Shown here: one piece after another, positions 25,298 to 33,596 of the stretch | How the letters are laid out: each line of letters starts with the position of its first letter | Numbering within the stretch: the stretch's first letter is position 1 | IMG/VR virus record: IMGVR_UViG_3300045988_092115 | Span: 1 to 44,266 of that record | DNA from: a virus | DNA: 44,266 nucleotides | Direction: 5' to 3' (one strand) | The notes under the pieces: generated by a model | Seen by the model: the letters and a program-made list of their open reading frames with translations, nothing else | Databases searched by the model: none | What the model was told of the DNA's origin: nothing | Program-made: the position numbers and the translations under genes

Positions 25298-25630
25298 CTA
25301 AATCCCCTTATGTTTATAGTCCCACAAGCCGAACAGCTTCAGCCTGTGATAAAACTCTGCTTTGACTTTTCTTCGATAGCCGTAAAAATCATCGGTCTTG
25401 GCCGGAATGTCCCGGCCTTTTCGTAAAAGACTGTAATACCCGGCTTCTTTCGGATCCTTTGCCGTCAAGCTCTCATATATTACTATCTCCATGCCGGGAG
25501 CCTTTGATATTGCGCATCCGAAAAGGATAAGCTTTATCTCAGGATCCGGGCTGCGACAGTAAGTGTCAAGCTGGGATTCGTCCTCTTTGGGTACGTCATA
25601 ATCAATCATCTTTGCTTCCCTTGTTCTCAT
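25298..25630 (-). CDS. Hypothetical protein (possible late regulator position)
   Basis: 110-aa ORF overlapping the upstream ORF by 29 nt. Confidence 0.6.
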   Translation of the reverse strand: MRTREAKMIDYDVPKEDESQLDTYCRSPDPEIKLILFGCAISKAPGMEIVIYESLTAKDPKEAGYYSLLRKGRDIPAKTDDFYGYRRKVKAEFYHRLKLFGLWDYKHKGI

Positions 25631-25925
25631 CCTCTGGCTCCATTTCTGGTATGATCTTGATTCTACTCAAATCATACCGGCTGTTAAGTAACTGAGTCCT
25701 CACCTTTTCATATTCCAAAGATAACCTGCGCATTTCTTTCGCCAACGGCTTGCTGTCTACTGCCTTAAATTCATACTCGCCGTAAAGCCGTAAGCCATTC
25801 CTGGCATATACGCCAACAGTTCCCTCTTTGCATTTAAGCAGGTTTGCAATCTCTTTTGCAGTGTGTATTCCAATAAACTGCTCGTTCTTCTTAACGCTGT
25901 AAATTGTTACTGCCGTGTATCTCAC
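25602..25925 (-). CDS. HTH-containing small protein
   Basis: 107 aa. TAKEIANLLKCKEGTVGVYARNG looks like a helix-turn-helix. The start is uncertain because the GTG abuts AGGAG. Confidence 0.55.
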   Translation of the reverse strand: MRYTAVTIYSVKKNEQFIGIHTAKEIANLLKCKEGTVGVYARNGLRLYGEYEFKAVDSKPLAKEMRRLSLEYEKVRTQLLNSRYDLSRIKIIPEMEPEDENKGSKDD

Positions 25926-25962
25926 CTCCTAAATTTCAACTCGTCTTGTTTAAAATCTTATG

Positions 25963-26010
25963 TTAACTCAACTCGCAGTTGAATTAAAACGAGTTAAATT
26001 GAGTTAAATT
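25963..26010. repeat. Conserved ~49-bp element, copy A (partner at 33597..33645)
   Basis: ttaactcaactcgcagttgaattaaaacgagttaaattgagttaaatt. It differs from copy B by 4 substitutions and 1 indel. Confidence 0.85.
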
Positions 26011-26189
26011 TCAGTTTAGTTAATAATGTATTCCCTGTATTGTTCGAGTAGATTTTCCATGCGAATACAATCGTTGCTTCTATCGAGATATCCTGCAATA
26101 AAAACCCTTGTTCTATATTGCATATCCTTAAATACAGCTTTTTATATATCCATTTGTAGAATTTTCTTCTAATCATCATTCGCCACCTC

Positions 26190-26702
26190 TCAGTTTACGT
26201 TGTCAAGCTCAATACCCTCCATGACGGCTCTGGCTTCTAATACTGCCAGATAATCCGTCATGGCGGTCAGCTGCATATTATAGGTACTTCTCGGGCAGGT
26301 CGGCTTAAACGGCAGCGTACCGGCATCCCACTTGTCAATCATGCCACGCAGACCGTAATATCTGATTGCCAACTGATTATACTCAGCCTTAAATCTTTCC
26401 TTATAATCTGTGCTATTCATCCCATCCACGGTTTCATTTAATTTCATCATAGTTTTGTCCTCTTTTCTTCTCTTAATCTGGCAAGTGTCACATTCTTCCT
26501 GTTCGCACGTTCCGCTACATGGCACCACGTCGTCCACTCCGCCATGAGCGTCGATAGAGCACAACTCTTTTGGTACATAGTCTCCTTCGTACTCCACCAT
26601 TTCAACCGCAGCGTAGCAGGTTGGTTTCATATCTGCCATATCCGGTTGCTGCTTCTTACAATTACTGTTTTTGCACATCTCACAATATTTCGATACTTCC
26701 AT
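26190..26702 (-). CDS. Cys-rich N-terminal region fused to a conserved phage C-terminal domain
   Basis: 170 aa. The C-terminal KERFKAEYNQLAIRYYGLRGMIDKWDAGTLPFKPTCPRSTYNMQLTAMTDYLAVLEARAVMEGIEL is a pattern I recognise from many phages. An internal AAAGAGGA + 7 nt + ATGATG could also start the C-terminal part alone. Confidence 0.65.
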   Translation of the reverse strand: MEVSKYCEMCKNSNCKKQQPDMADMKPTCYAAVEMVEYEGDYVPKELCSIDAHGGVDDVVPCSGTCEQEECDTCQIKRRKEDKTMMKLNETVDGMNSTDYKERFKAEYNQLAIRYYGLRGMIDKWDAGTLPFKPTCPRSTYNMQLTAMTDYLAVLEARAVMEGIELDNVN

Positions 26703-26719
26703 TGCTGATCCTCCAAATC

Positions 26720-27046
26720 TTAATTTTCGTTAATATCTCTCAAATCCAAATAAATACATCCATCTGGTTCGTAAGCTCCGCTTTCCCAATCTGCTTCAAA
26801 CTCTTCCCAGTCTCCGATATATCTTCCAATCATGCTATCCTGTTCGATCAAGTAAAACAGATCCTTATTCTTTTTCCCATCGACCAGACCACAGAAGATC
26901 CATTTGCCTTTTTCTATTGAGCTTTCATAAACAAAAGCATCTTCCCCATTCATAAGCTCGTAAACTTTTTTCCAAAGATTATAATCATCATCTTGGGGAT
27001 TCGCCTCGTCAAGCATTCTTTCCGTATTGAGGCACACTTTTTTCAT
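26720..27046 (-). CDS. Acidic hypothetical protein
   Basis: Start moved to the ATG at 27046, preceded by GGTGGTGA. 108 aa. Confidence 0.6.
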   Translation of the reverse strand: MKKVCLNTERMLDEANPQDDDYNLWKKVYELMNGEDAFVYESSIEKGKWIFCGLVDGKKNKDLFYLIEQDSMIGRYIGDWEEFEADWESGAYEPDGCIYLDLRDINEN

Positions 27047-27065
27047 GTTCAAATCACCACCAATC

Positions 27066-27287
27066 TTAATTTTTCGCCGCTTCATCGGCTTCTTTTCTCT
27101 TACGCCAAGCACGCTTCACCTCGCGATCCGTGTCATGTACAACCCGACCAGATGCGCACGTAACGCACTTGATTCTCCATCTTGCGCCTTTTGGATCTGG
27201 ATTATAAAACCGCTCAAAGTGTCCGTATCCGACCGGGACATATGCGCCGCAGCAATAGCAGCGACCCGCATAGAGATTTCTTGCCAT
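27066..27287 (-). CDS. Small zinc-ribbon-like protein
   Basis: 73 aa with CYCCGAY...IKCVTCAS Cys pairs. Confidence 0.55.
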   Translation of the reverse strand: MARNLYAGRCYCCGAYVPVGYGHFERFYNPDPKGARWRIKCVTCASGRVVHDTDREVKRAWRKRKEADEAAKN

Positions 27288-27288
27288 G

Positions 27289-27492
27289 CTACCCCTCCTT
27301 TACCATAATCACCTGGGCCTGCCCTACCGGAATATCCATATACTCTCCGGTATCCAACAGCACACCGTATACACCATCATAGCTGCCGATCACGGTACCG
27401 CAGAATCTGTGATGCTTATGTTCTGCGCTCATGATTCTTACACGGATATCAAAACCTTTTAAAAGCTTTATCATGCGTCCCCTCCAATCCAC
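27289..27492 (-). CDS. Small hypothetical protein
   Basis: 67-aa ORF packed between its neighbours. Confidence 0.5.
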   Translation of the reverse strand: MDWRGRMIKLLKGFDIRVRIMSAEHKHHRFCGTVIGSYDGVYGVLLDTGEYMDIPVGQAQVIMVKEG

Positions 27493-28127
27493 TCTTTTAC
27501 GCTGTTATTGACAATGCTGTCATAGTCAGTGTCGCGTTGCTCGAAGTTGCAAAAGGAATTCTGCTTCTTCTGCTGCCCGCCCTTTTTCGCACTGTTCTGC
27601 GCTCTGGAAAACCAGCTATTAAGGTGCCTGTTAATTCCGGCACGAGTCTTTTTATGTGTAGGGTTGGCTTTATTCCATCCAATAAGTGACCTTAACTCCT
27701 GTTTAGCATCTATGGCCGGGTAAAGCTTTTGCCACTCTGCAAGCGCGTTTTCTGTAACAGCATACTCAGTTCCGTCAACCAAAGGTATGTATCCAACAAC
27801 AGGACTGTTGTCTTCCGGCTTTTCTTCTTTCTTTTTCTTCTTAACCACTGGTTTTCCATCTTCATTACCACTGGTTTCTTCCGTGTAGGTTTGTTTCGCC
27901 GGACGCCCACCTTTCGCCCCATCAGCCTTGCGCTTGATGTTGGCATCAATCTGAGGCTGTGCCATCTCAAAAATGGACATATACGCCGCGTCACTGCCGT
28001 CATCCTCCGGTTCTATTCCATACAGACCGTAATCAATGATGGCCCACAGCGCCTTAAGCTGTTCCGTTTCCGGTCTGCGCTTGATAGCTTTTGCGAAGCT
28101 GGCGTAAAAAATGAAGCTATCTCTCAT
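27471..28127 (-). CDS. Replisome organiser / replication initiation-type protein
   Basis: 218 aa. The N-terminal FIFYASFAKAIKRRPETEQLKALWAIIDYGLYGIEPE pattern is typical of phage replisome-organiser N-terminal domains, followed by a basic linker. Confidence 0.55.
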   Translation of the reverse strand: MRDSFIFYASFAKAIKRRPETEQLKALWAIIDYGLYGIEPEDDGSDAAYMSIFEMAQPQIDANIKRKADGAKGGRPAKQTYTEETSGNEDGKPVVKKKKKEEKPEDNSPVVGYIPLVDGTEYAVTENALAEWQKLYPAIDAKQELRSLIGWNKANPTHKKTRAGINRHLNSWFSRAQNSAKKGGQQKKQNSFCNFEQRDTDYDSIVNNSVKEWIGGDA

Positions 28128-28452
28128 CTCTTCCGGCCTCCCACTCTCTGTAAATCTGGATCCAGTCGGTAAGCCGCATGGTTACCAACCATTCGCAGCG
28201 GTCGCGCCGATGGAATACCGCCGGAAGCAGGCCGGGCAGTGCGTCATGTACCGCCTGTGCTACTGCATCCAAAAGCTTCAACTTCTCGACCCGCTTGCAC
28301 TCAATATGGATGCCTGGGAGACCGATCACATCAGCGTTTCCAGCTGCACCGCAATACTGCTGCCCTCTTCTGGTGTCGTATCCCTCCTCCCGGAGTATCC
28401 CGGCAAGCTCGAGTTCTCCACGCTTGCCCTTTTCTCTCTGTGCTTTACCCAT
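28117..28452 (-). CDS. PD-(D/E)XK Holliday-junction-resolvase-like nuclease
   Basis: Start moved to the ATG at 28452, preceded by GGAGG. The spacing of GELELAGIL...GNADVIG...IHIECKR gives an E / D / ExK motif. Confidence 0.55.
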   Translation of the reverse strand: MGKAQREKGKRGELELAGILREEGYDTRRGQQYCGAAGNADVIGLPGIHIECKRVEKLKLLDAVAQAVHDALPGLLPAVFHRRDRCEWLVTMRLTDWIQIYREWEAGRDER

Positions 28453-28810
28453 CGCAACCTCCAAACAACGATAACTGCCCCTCTACTTGCTGGTCACATT
28501 TTTTCATAAAAATCTTTGCGCCGCGTTCTGATTCTTTTATGCTGGCGGCACGTCTTTCTTGTGATAATATCCAACGCTCTGCCGTTTTCCGTTCCTCGCG
28601 AGTAACACGGGGAATATAATATCCTTTACCTGTAGCTCCTATAAAAACCGCATAATCTTTTCTGATGCTCTGAATCGCATCTCTTACAACTCGATCATCG
28701 AGACCAGTCATGCGGCATAAATCATGTCTTGTTGTCGCATTTTCTCTCCCAATACCTATTGCGTTGTGCACAATGGCTATTTCTTCAGGAGATGCTTTAT
28801 AGTCTCCCAT
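28445..28810 (-). CDS. Winged-helix DNA-binding protein
   Basis: 121 aa with ...ENATTRHDLCRMTGLDDRVVRDAIQSIRKDY... Confidence 0.5.
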   Translation of the reverse strand: MGDYKASPEEIAIVHNAIGIGRENATTRHDLCRMTGLDDRVVRDAIQSIRKDYAVFIGATGKGYYIPRVTREERKTAERWILSQERRAASIKESERGAKIFMKKCDQQVEGQLSLFGGCDG

Positions 28811-28933
28811 AGCCCTCCTTTCTGCCCCGCAGGTCAGATATCAGCGTGCGGGGCAATATCAATGGCATCATTATACTGTCGTGACACATTAATCAAAGCC
28901 ATGAGCTATATGTAAAGCCTTGCGGCGTTTACA

Positions 28934-30484
28934 TCATAAATATTTATCTGCCAATTCCGTGACATCTAAGGATTTTCCCTCTCTCCAAACATCCCAGAAA
29001 TTAATAGTCCGAGAAATTGGCCGCTCTGATGCCAGATCCACTTTGATTTTTAAAGGAATTGGCACTGCATCACCAATCACCAGAACCTCACCGGGACTGA
29101 ACATAGTCACGGAATCAATCAACGCATCATCTCCATCCAGAAGCATGCCTTTAATCAAAACCTTGTCATTTTCGTTGTTGAGTTTACCAACGATGAAGTT
29201 TGCACACTGTGCAACGATTGTACGATTCAATTCGGACGGTCTCTGCGTGGCAGGAAATAAGGTAATCCCGAACTTACGGCCTTCTTTTGCAATGTCCTCA
29301 AAAACTTCCACCATGCGCCGCTGGCTTGCCGAAAGCTGCAGATTATTCGGGATGTATGCGTGTGCCTCATCACACACCAGAACAACCGGCCGGATCTGAT
29401 CCTTGTCCTGCAATCTCTGCAGATCAAAAATCATCCGGGTGATCACACCGATAATAGGAAGCGCAACATCATGCGGAATATCTGACAGGTCAACATTTTT
29501 CACTGCCTTATCGTCACCCAGGAGCAGCTCCAGAAGATCATATAAGTAGCTCTGCTGCTCATCATGAAATAAAAAGCTGTAGCGGCCATCCAGAAGACGA
29601 TCCTTTAACAGGTTAATCGTTCCCGCCAGCTTGCCGTTGTACTCGCCCTTTGTGGTCTTTGGCTGCCCGGCTTTCTCTCCGGTCTTGTAATACTCTCCTG
29701 TATGTACAACCTGATTATCCAGTTCTTCCATCTCACGGATCAGGCTCTGGTAATTAAAATACACGGGCTTATTTTCTTTCCCGTCCGGACATACGGCGTA
29801 ATAACACTTCCGCAGAGCCGTCATAACTGCGGTGGCTGATTCCTCGCGAATCTTTAAAATATTGGCTACAATATCCTGGAAACCAAACATCCAGATCGGA
29901 AAATGGAAATCTTCACCGATTTTAATACTGTGGGCATAGGAAAGGGCACTGTACTCGCCGTGGATATCAAAGACGATCACATTTGCCCCAGGAAGCTTCG
30001 CAGTCTCTTCCAGGATCTTCGCCACAGTCTCAGACTTGCCGCAGCCGGTATTGCCGACGATGCAGGCATGACGCTGGAAGAACTTGTTTCCGTCTACCCA
30101 GGCCGGCACATCATATGCAGCGTAACGGCCAAGCTGAAAACAATCTTTCTCCCGCGGTGCAATCATATGTGCAAATTCCTGCAGATCAATCTTAAAAATC
30201 TGCACGTCCGTAGTCGGATAATCATCCAGAGACTTTACAAAACGTCCATCCTTCAGACTGCCGATAATGGTACAGTCAATCGTTTTGATTCCTGTAATCT
30301 CTCCCAGGAAATCAGTCTCCCCGAGACGTTCCTCCGAATCTGTGTCCGTAAGACCGGTTACCATTGTAACCAGGCGGGCCGATGTATCTGATACTTCCAA
30401 AAGATCATTAATCCGGACATTCTGGAACTCTGATACGTTCGTCCGAATCCGAACGCTATCACTTAAAATTTTCACCAGTTTCAT
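28934..30484 (-). CDS. HerA/FtsK-like (DUF87-type) ATPase
   Basis: Start moved to the ATG at 30484, preceded by GAGGAGAG. Features are an N-terminal beta-barrel-like region, Walker A (IVGNTGCGKSE) and Walker B (PVVLVCDEAHAYIP). Confidence 0.7.
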   Translation of the reverse strand: MKLVKILSDSVRIRTNVSEFQNVRINDLLEVSDTSARLVTMVTGLTDTDSEERLGETDFLGEITGIKTIDCTIIGSLKDGRFVKSLDDYPTTDVQIFKIDLQEFAHMIAPREKDCFQLGRYAAYDVPAWVDGNKFFQRHACIVGNTGCGKSETVAKILEETAKLPGANVIVFDIHGEYSALSYAHSIKIGEDFHFPIWMFGFQDIVANILKIREESATAVMTALRKCYYAVCPDGKENKPVYFNYQSLIREMEELDNQVVHTGEYYKTGEKAGQPKTTKGEYNGKLAGTINLLKDRLLDGRYSFLFHDEQQSYLYDLLELLLGDDKAVKNVDLSDIPHDVALPIIGVITRMIFDLQRLQDKDQIRPVVLVCDEAHAYIPNNLQLSASQRRMVEVFEDIAKEGRKFGITLFPATQRPSELNRTIVAQCANFIVGKLNNENDKVLIKGMLLDGDDALIDSVTMFSPGEVLVIGDAVPIPLKIKVDLASERPISRTINFWDVWREGKSLDVTELADKYL

Positions 30485-30495
30485 CTTGTCTCTCC

Positions 30496-31233
30496 TCACA
30501 TATCAAGCAGCTCATTGTAGTTACGGATGCGGGCACCTTTTATGGATTTACAGTAATCACATTTCCCACAATATTTCGGTGGTACCACTCCGGCTTTCAC
30601 TTCTGCAAAATGCTCAATGTTAAAACCGATTTCATCCAAAGCAAGATTTAGGGTATTCTGCGGAATCTGGAAAATATCCAGATCCGGTACCCGCTCCTTT
30701 GTGGCCACTGCCAGATAAAACGGAAGCCTCTCTCCAGTAGCTGCTTCCACACCGGCCTGATACACTGCACCCTGCAGATCGTAACGCCACAACGGAAGAT
30801 TTTTAAAATTGGCCACAATCTTTAAATCCGCAATACAGGTTCCTGGCAGATAACTGTCCATTTTCATCTTCCAGGGAACGCCAAACAGAGTGAAAACCAT
30901 AATCCTCTGTTTTTCTCCGCTCATGAACTGCATAAAAAGCGGGTCAGATTTTACTCTCCCGATAATTTCATTGGCTTTGCGGAACTCGCTCTTTAACTCA
31001 TTCTTGCGGGTAAACAGTTCCGGATTCTTCTCCATAAACTGTTTTAAGGTCCCCTCAAAATAGGAATCCACAAAGGATCCCACCAGCAGCGCTTTTGTTA
31101 CCGGCTGCTGGTATTCCCCGCGAATCTTAGCCATTGCCATTGCTTCGCACTTCATGAAATCCTTATACTGAGAGACTGAGAAAAACTGCCGACTGGCTTC
31201 CTGACCGTAATAATTCTGCTCTGTTAATACCAT
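30496..31233 (-). CDS. RecE-type PD-(D/E)XK exonuclease (DUF3799-like) with C-terminal Cys motif
   Basis: 245 aa with YFSVSQYKDFMKCEAMAMAK...ALLVGSFVDSY...IADLKIV...YDLQGAVYQ and a C-terminal CGKCDYCKS. Confidence 0.6.
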   Translation of the reverse strand: MVLTEQNYYGQEASRQFFSVSQYKDFMKCEAMAMAKIRGEYQQPVTKALLVGSFVDSYFEGTLKQFMEKNPELFTRKNELKSEFRKANEIIGRVKSDPLFMQFMSGEKQRIMVFTLFGVPWKMKMDSYLPGTCIADLKIVANFKNLPLWRYDLQGAVYQAGVEAATGERLPFYLAVATKERVPDLDIFQIPQNTLNLALDEIGFNIEHFAEVKAGVVPPKYCGKCDYCKSIKGARIRNYNELLDM

Positions 31234-31254
31234 TGCGTTTTTCTCCTCTCTGAC

Positions 31255-32220
31255 TTAATGGAACGGTGTTCCTACCTCTCCGGCATCCGGCGGAATAAAG
31301 GAAGGATCCACTTCATCCGATGGCTGAACCGGTTCTTTCTTCGTTACTTTATTGGCTGCCTTTTTCTGCTCATCAGCTGCTACCGCTTTTCCAGTAGTGC
31401 GCTGCTTCTTTCCTTCAAATGGGTTGTCCACATCATCTGGATTTGCATCCGGAATCATCTCAAAGTAATCTTCTCGCTTTGCCATGCCGTCCTTTAAAGA
31501 CTTGTACACGCGCTTCAAACGAATCAGATCATTCATGGTAAAGCTCTCACTTTTGCATCCGATAAACTTTTCGAGCATCTGGATTGTTACACCATAATCG
31601 CTCTGAAACAAAGCTGCAGCATCACGCACTAAGTCTATTAACGGTTTGTCTCCATTGTCGCTCAGTAATGTAGCATTACACTGAGCAAGCGCTGAATCAA
31701 TCACATCACCCGGAATTACGCCGAGAATACAGGCACGGACTCTTCTGGCTCCCTGATTCGCTACCAGCTCATAAATGTCTCTGGGATCTGTCAATGTGAT
31801 ATTTCCATTCTTCGTGCTACGGATGTGCGGAACGGAAAAGATTTTCGTCTGTCTGGTGTTTGTCTCCAGATCCCAGGCATATGCCATAACCTGGCTCTCT
31901 CCACTCTTCTGTTGCAGCTCAATGATGCCGTAATCCAGATTACCCCAGTTCTGAGCCATAGCTTCCGCCAGGCGAATAGATGGACCGGTTACCTTTGTAC
32001 CACCGCGGGGATACTCATACATTGCCTGCTCTGCCAACGTTTTTCTCTTGCACGCCTGCATAATGCGGTTAAAGCTCTGCACTTCGTCACGCGGAAATTT
32101 CTTTGCAATCACCATTGCAGCCTGCACTTCCTGTGCCTGGCGGCTGATTGCCATTTCGGTCGTAGTATGATGCTGTGCCGCTGGCATGCCGTTTCCGTAA
32201 ATATTTTCTACCTGTTCCAT
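31255..32220 (-). CDS. Putative single-strand annealing / recombination protein
   Basis: 321 aa immediately upstream of the exonuclease, the classical exo/SSAP pairing. The family was not identified by eye. Confidence 0.45.
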   Translation of the reverse strand: MEQVENIYGNGMPAAQHHTTTEMAISRQAQEVQAAMVIAKKFPRDEVQSFNRIMQACKRKTLAEQAMYEYPRGGTKVTGPSIRLAEAMAQNWGNLDYGIIELQQKSGESQVMAYAWDLETNTRQTKIFSVPHIRSTKNGNITLTDPRDIYELVANQGARRVRACILGVIPGDVIDSALAQCNATLLSDNGDKPLIDLVRDAAALFQSDYGVTIQMLEKFIGCKSESFTMNDLIRLKRVYKSLKDGMAKREDYFEMIPDANPDDVDNPFEGKKQRTTGKAVAADEQKKAANKVTKKEPVQPSDEVDPSFIPPDAGEVGTPFH

Positions 32221-32382
32221 TTAGCTTTCTCCTTCCTCCTTTACCCAGTCACAGGAGAAGAAAAACTCCACAAACAGCTGCTTGTCCTTCTCCGTCATCT
32301 CATCCAGATGTGCTTTTGCATACTCATACGCATCGCATTCTGGAACTCTGTGGCCGTCCTCCGGCCCTATTCCGCACCACAT
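32221..32382 (-). CDS. Small hypothetical protein
   Basis: Start moved to the ATG at 32382, which overlaps the upstream stop (TAATG). 53 aa. Confidence 0.5.
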   Translation of the reverse strand: MWCGIGPEDGHRVPECDAYEYAKAHLDEMTEKDKQLFVEFFFSCDWVKEEGES

Positions 32383-32573
32383 TAAACACTCCCTACTACG
32401 GTAGCATGAATAGTCGTTTCTTCGCCGTCCAGAATGGCAATCATCTCGGGACATTTAACATAGGTCCCTGTTTCCGATCTCAGAATAGCCAACGCAGCTT
32501 CAACACGCCCTGCCGTTCTCATCAGCTTCGCAAAATCCTCATACGGGATTGTAACCATATTTTTCTCACCCAT
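32382..32573 (-). CDS. Small hypothetical protein
   Basis: 63-aa ORF. Confidence 0.55.
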   Translation of the reverse strand: MGEKNMVTIPYEDFAKLMRTAGRVEAALAILRSETGTYVKCPEMIAILDGEETTIHATVVGSV

Positions 32574-32587
32574 CTGTCTTTACCTCC

Positions 32588-32818
32588 TCATAATCTTACT
32601 CTTAGGTTTCTCAACGTTTCGTCTCTCATATTTCTTGCTATTTTTCTCATAAACCTCGGCAACTGTTCATCTGGTATAACGATTGACACGCAAAAGCCCT
32701 TATCTTCGTCAAGCGCGTCCACTATTATTCCTGTATATTTTGCTGAAAAAAGTTCGTCCAGCTCTTTTTCATTTATTGCTATACCTCGTGCGCTCTCGCA
32801 ACATTTATAGTTTTCCAT
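32588..32818 (-). CDS. Small hypothetical protein
   Basis: 76-aa ORF. Confidence 0.55.
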   Translation of the reverse strand: MENYKCCESARGIAINEKELDELFSAKYTGIIVDALDEDKGFCVSIVIPDEQLPRFMRKIARNMRDETLRNLRVRL

Positions 32819-32984
32819 ATTGCCTTTCTGGATTAATCCTGTTAAACTGTAACTGTAATTTATTTACCAGTTGGCCGTTCAGCTCCGTCAAGCTGACGGC
32901 CTTTTTCTTTGGCTTCGCGTACCCGGTGTAACAGCTTGCGCCGGTCAGCGCCGCCCGGTTCGTTCGGCACATCCTCCGACTCAT
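32805..32984 (-). CDS. Small basic protein
   Basis: Start moved to the ATG at 32984, which overlaps the upstream stop (ATGA). 59 aa. Confidence 0.45.
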   Translation of the reverse strand: MSRRMCRTNRAALTGASCYTGYAKPKKKAVSLTELNGQLVNKLQLQFNRINPERQYGKL

Positions 32985-33157
32985 GCCAGTGCGACAACCG
33001 CAAGGGTTGTCAGTGTCCAGCAGATCATAGCAAGCCAAAACAGTTTATCTTCGCACTGATGATGTTCTTCGTATGCTTCCGTTGCCCGCTCTGGGTCACT
33101 CATGACGGCCACATAACTGAGTGCCGCCGGATGTCTCCGCTCATGACATTCGATCAT
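32981..33157 (-). CDS. Small protein with C-terminal TM helix
   Basis: Start moved to the ATG at 33157, preceded by AGGAGG plus 8 nt. The C-terminus is LFWLAMICWTLTTLAVVALA. Confidence 0.5.
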   Translation of the reverse strand: MIECHERRHPAALSYVAVMSDPERATEAYEEHHQCEDKLFWLAMICWTLTTLAVVALA

Positions 33158-33169
33158 CGTATCCACCTC

Positions 33170-33337
33170 CTAAAAAACAACCGATATCCACACTGCATTG
33201 GTAACCAATAAAACCACCGTTGTTACCATCCATGCAAAGAACCATCTTTTTGTACTCCTGTTCGCCTGGTTTATAACTGCCGTTGCGAAAAACTCTTCGA
33301 ATTCGCCCCAGGATTCGTTTTTCTTCTGCTCTTGCAT
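33170..33337 (-). CDS. Unlisted 55-aa membrane peptide
   Basis: Hand translation: MQEQKKNESWGEFEEFFATAVINQANRSTKRWFFAWMVTTVVLLVTNAVWISVVF. It replaces the 85-aa track ORF, which is in another frame. Confidence 0.45.
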   Translation of the reverse strand: MQEQKKNESWGEFEEFFATAVINQANRSTKRWFFAWMVTTVVLLVTNAVWISVVF

Positions 33338-33340
33338 ATG

Positions 33341-33460
33341 TTATTCCTCGCTTTTGTTCTGATGCGCCACCATCTCGCCGACCTGTGAGCTGCCCCACAT
33401 CTCGCCCGGTGCCACAACTACCTTGTTTTTCAAGATAATGCCGCTCTTAAATCTGCACAT
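33341..33460 (-). CDS. Unlisted 39-aa peptide
   Basis: The ATG is preceded by GGAGGAG. Sequence: MCRFKSGIILKNKVVVAPGEMWGSSQVGEMVAHQNKSEE. Confidence 0.4.
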   Translation of the reverse strand: MCRFKSGIILKNKVVVAPGEMWGSSQVGEMVAHQNKSEE

Positions 33461-33569
33461 CTTTTTTCTCCTCCGTCTCTTTCTTATCGTTGGCTCTCAG
33501 TGTTGCTACGCACATAGCCACAAAAACCACAAAACCGCCGCTGATAAATCCGGCTCCAAATAAAGTCAT
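33447..33569 (-). CDS. Unlisted 40-aa membrane peptide
   Basis: The ATG is preceded by GGAGGCGTGGA. Sequence: MTLFGAGFISGGFVVFVAMCVATLRANDKKETEEKKDVQI. Confidence 0.4.
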   Translation of the reverse strand: MTLFGAGFISGGFVVFVAMCVATLRANDKKETEEKKDVQI

Positions 33570-33596
33570 TCCACGCCTCCATTGAGTTTTCCCGCC

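Noticed and set aside
25994-26179. 61-aa AT-rich minus-strand ORF
   Set aside because: It has an implausible Lys/Ile/Tyr-rich sequence and no clear ribosome-binding site, and it runs into the conserved repeat element. The region is treated as non-coding regulatory DNA, though this is not certain.
27710-28003. 97-aa minus-strand ORF inside the replisome-organiser gene
   Set aside because: It is an out-of-frame overlap with a well-supported gene. Its basic, low-complexity sequence derives from the Lys/Glu-rich linker.
33141-33398. 85-aa minus-strand ORF from the track
   Set aside because: It has no ribosome-binding site, and it cuts across three shorter SD-preceded ORFs in other frames that encode sensible membrane peptides.
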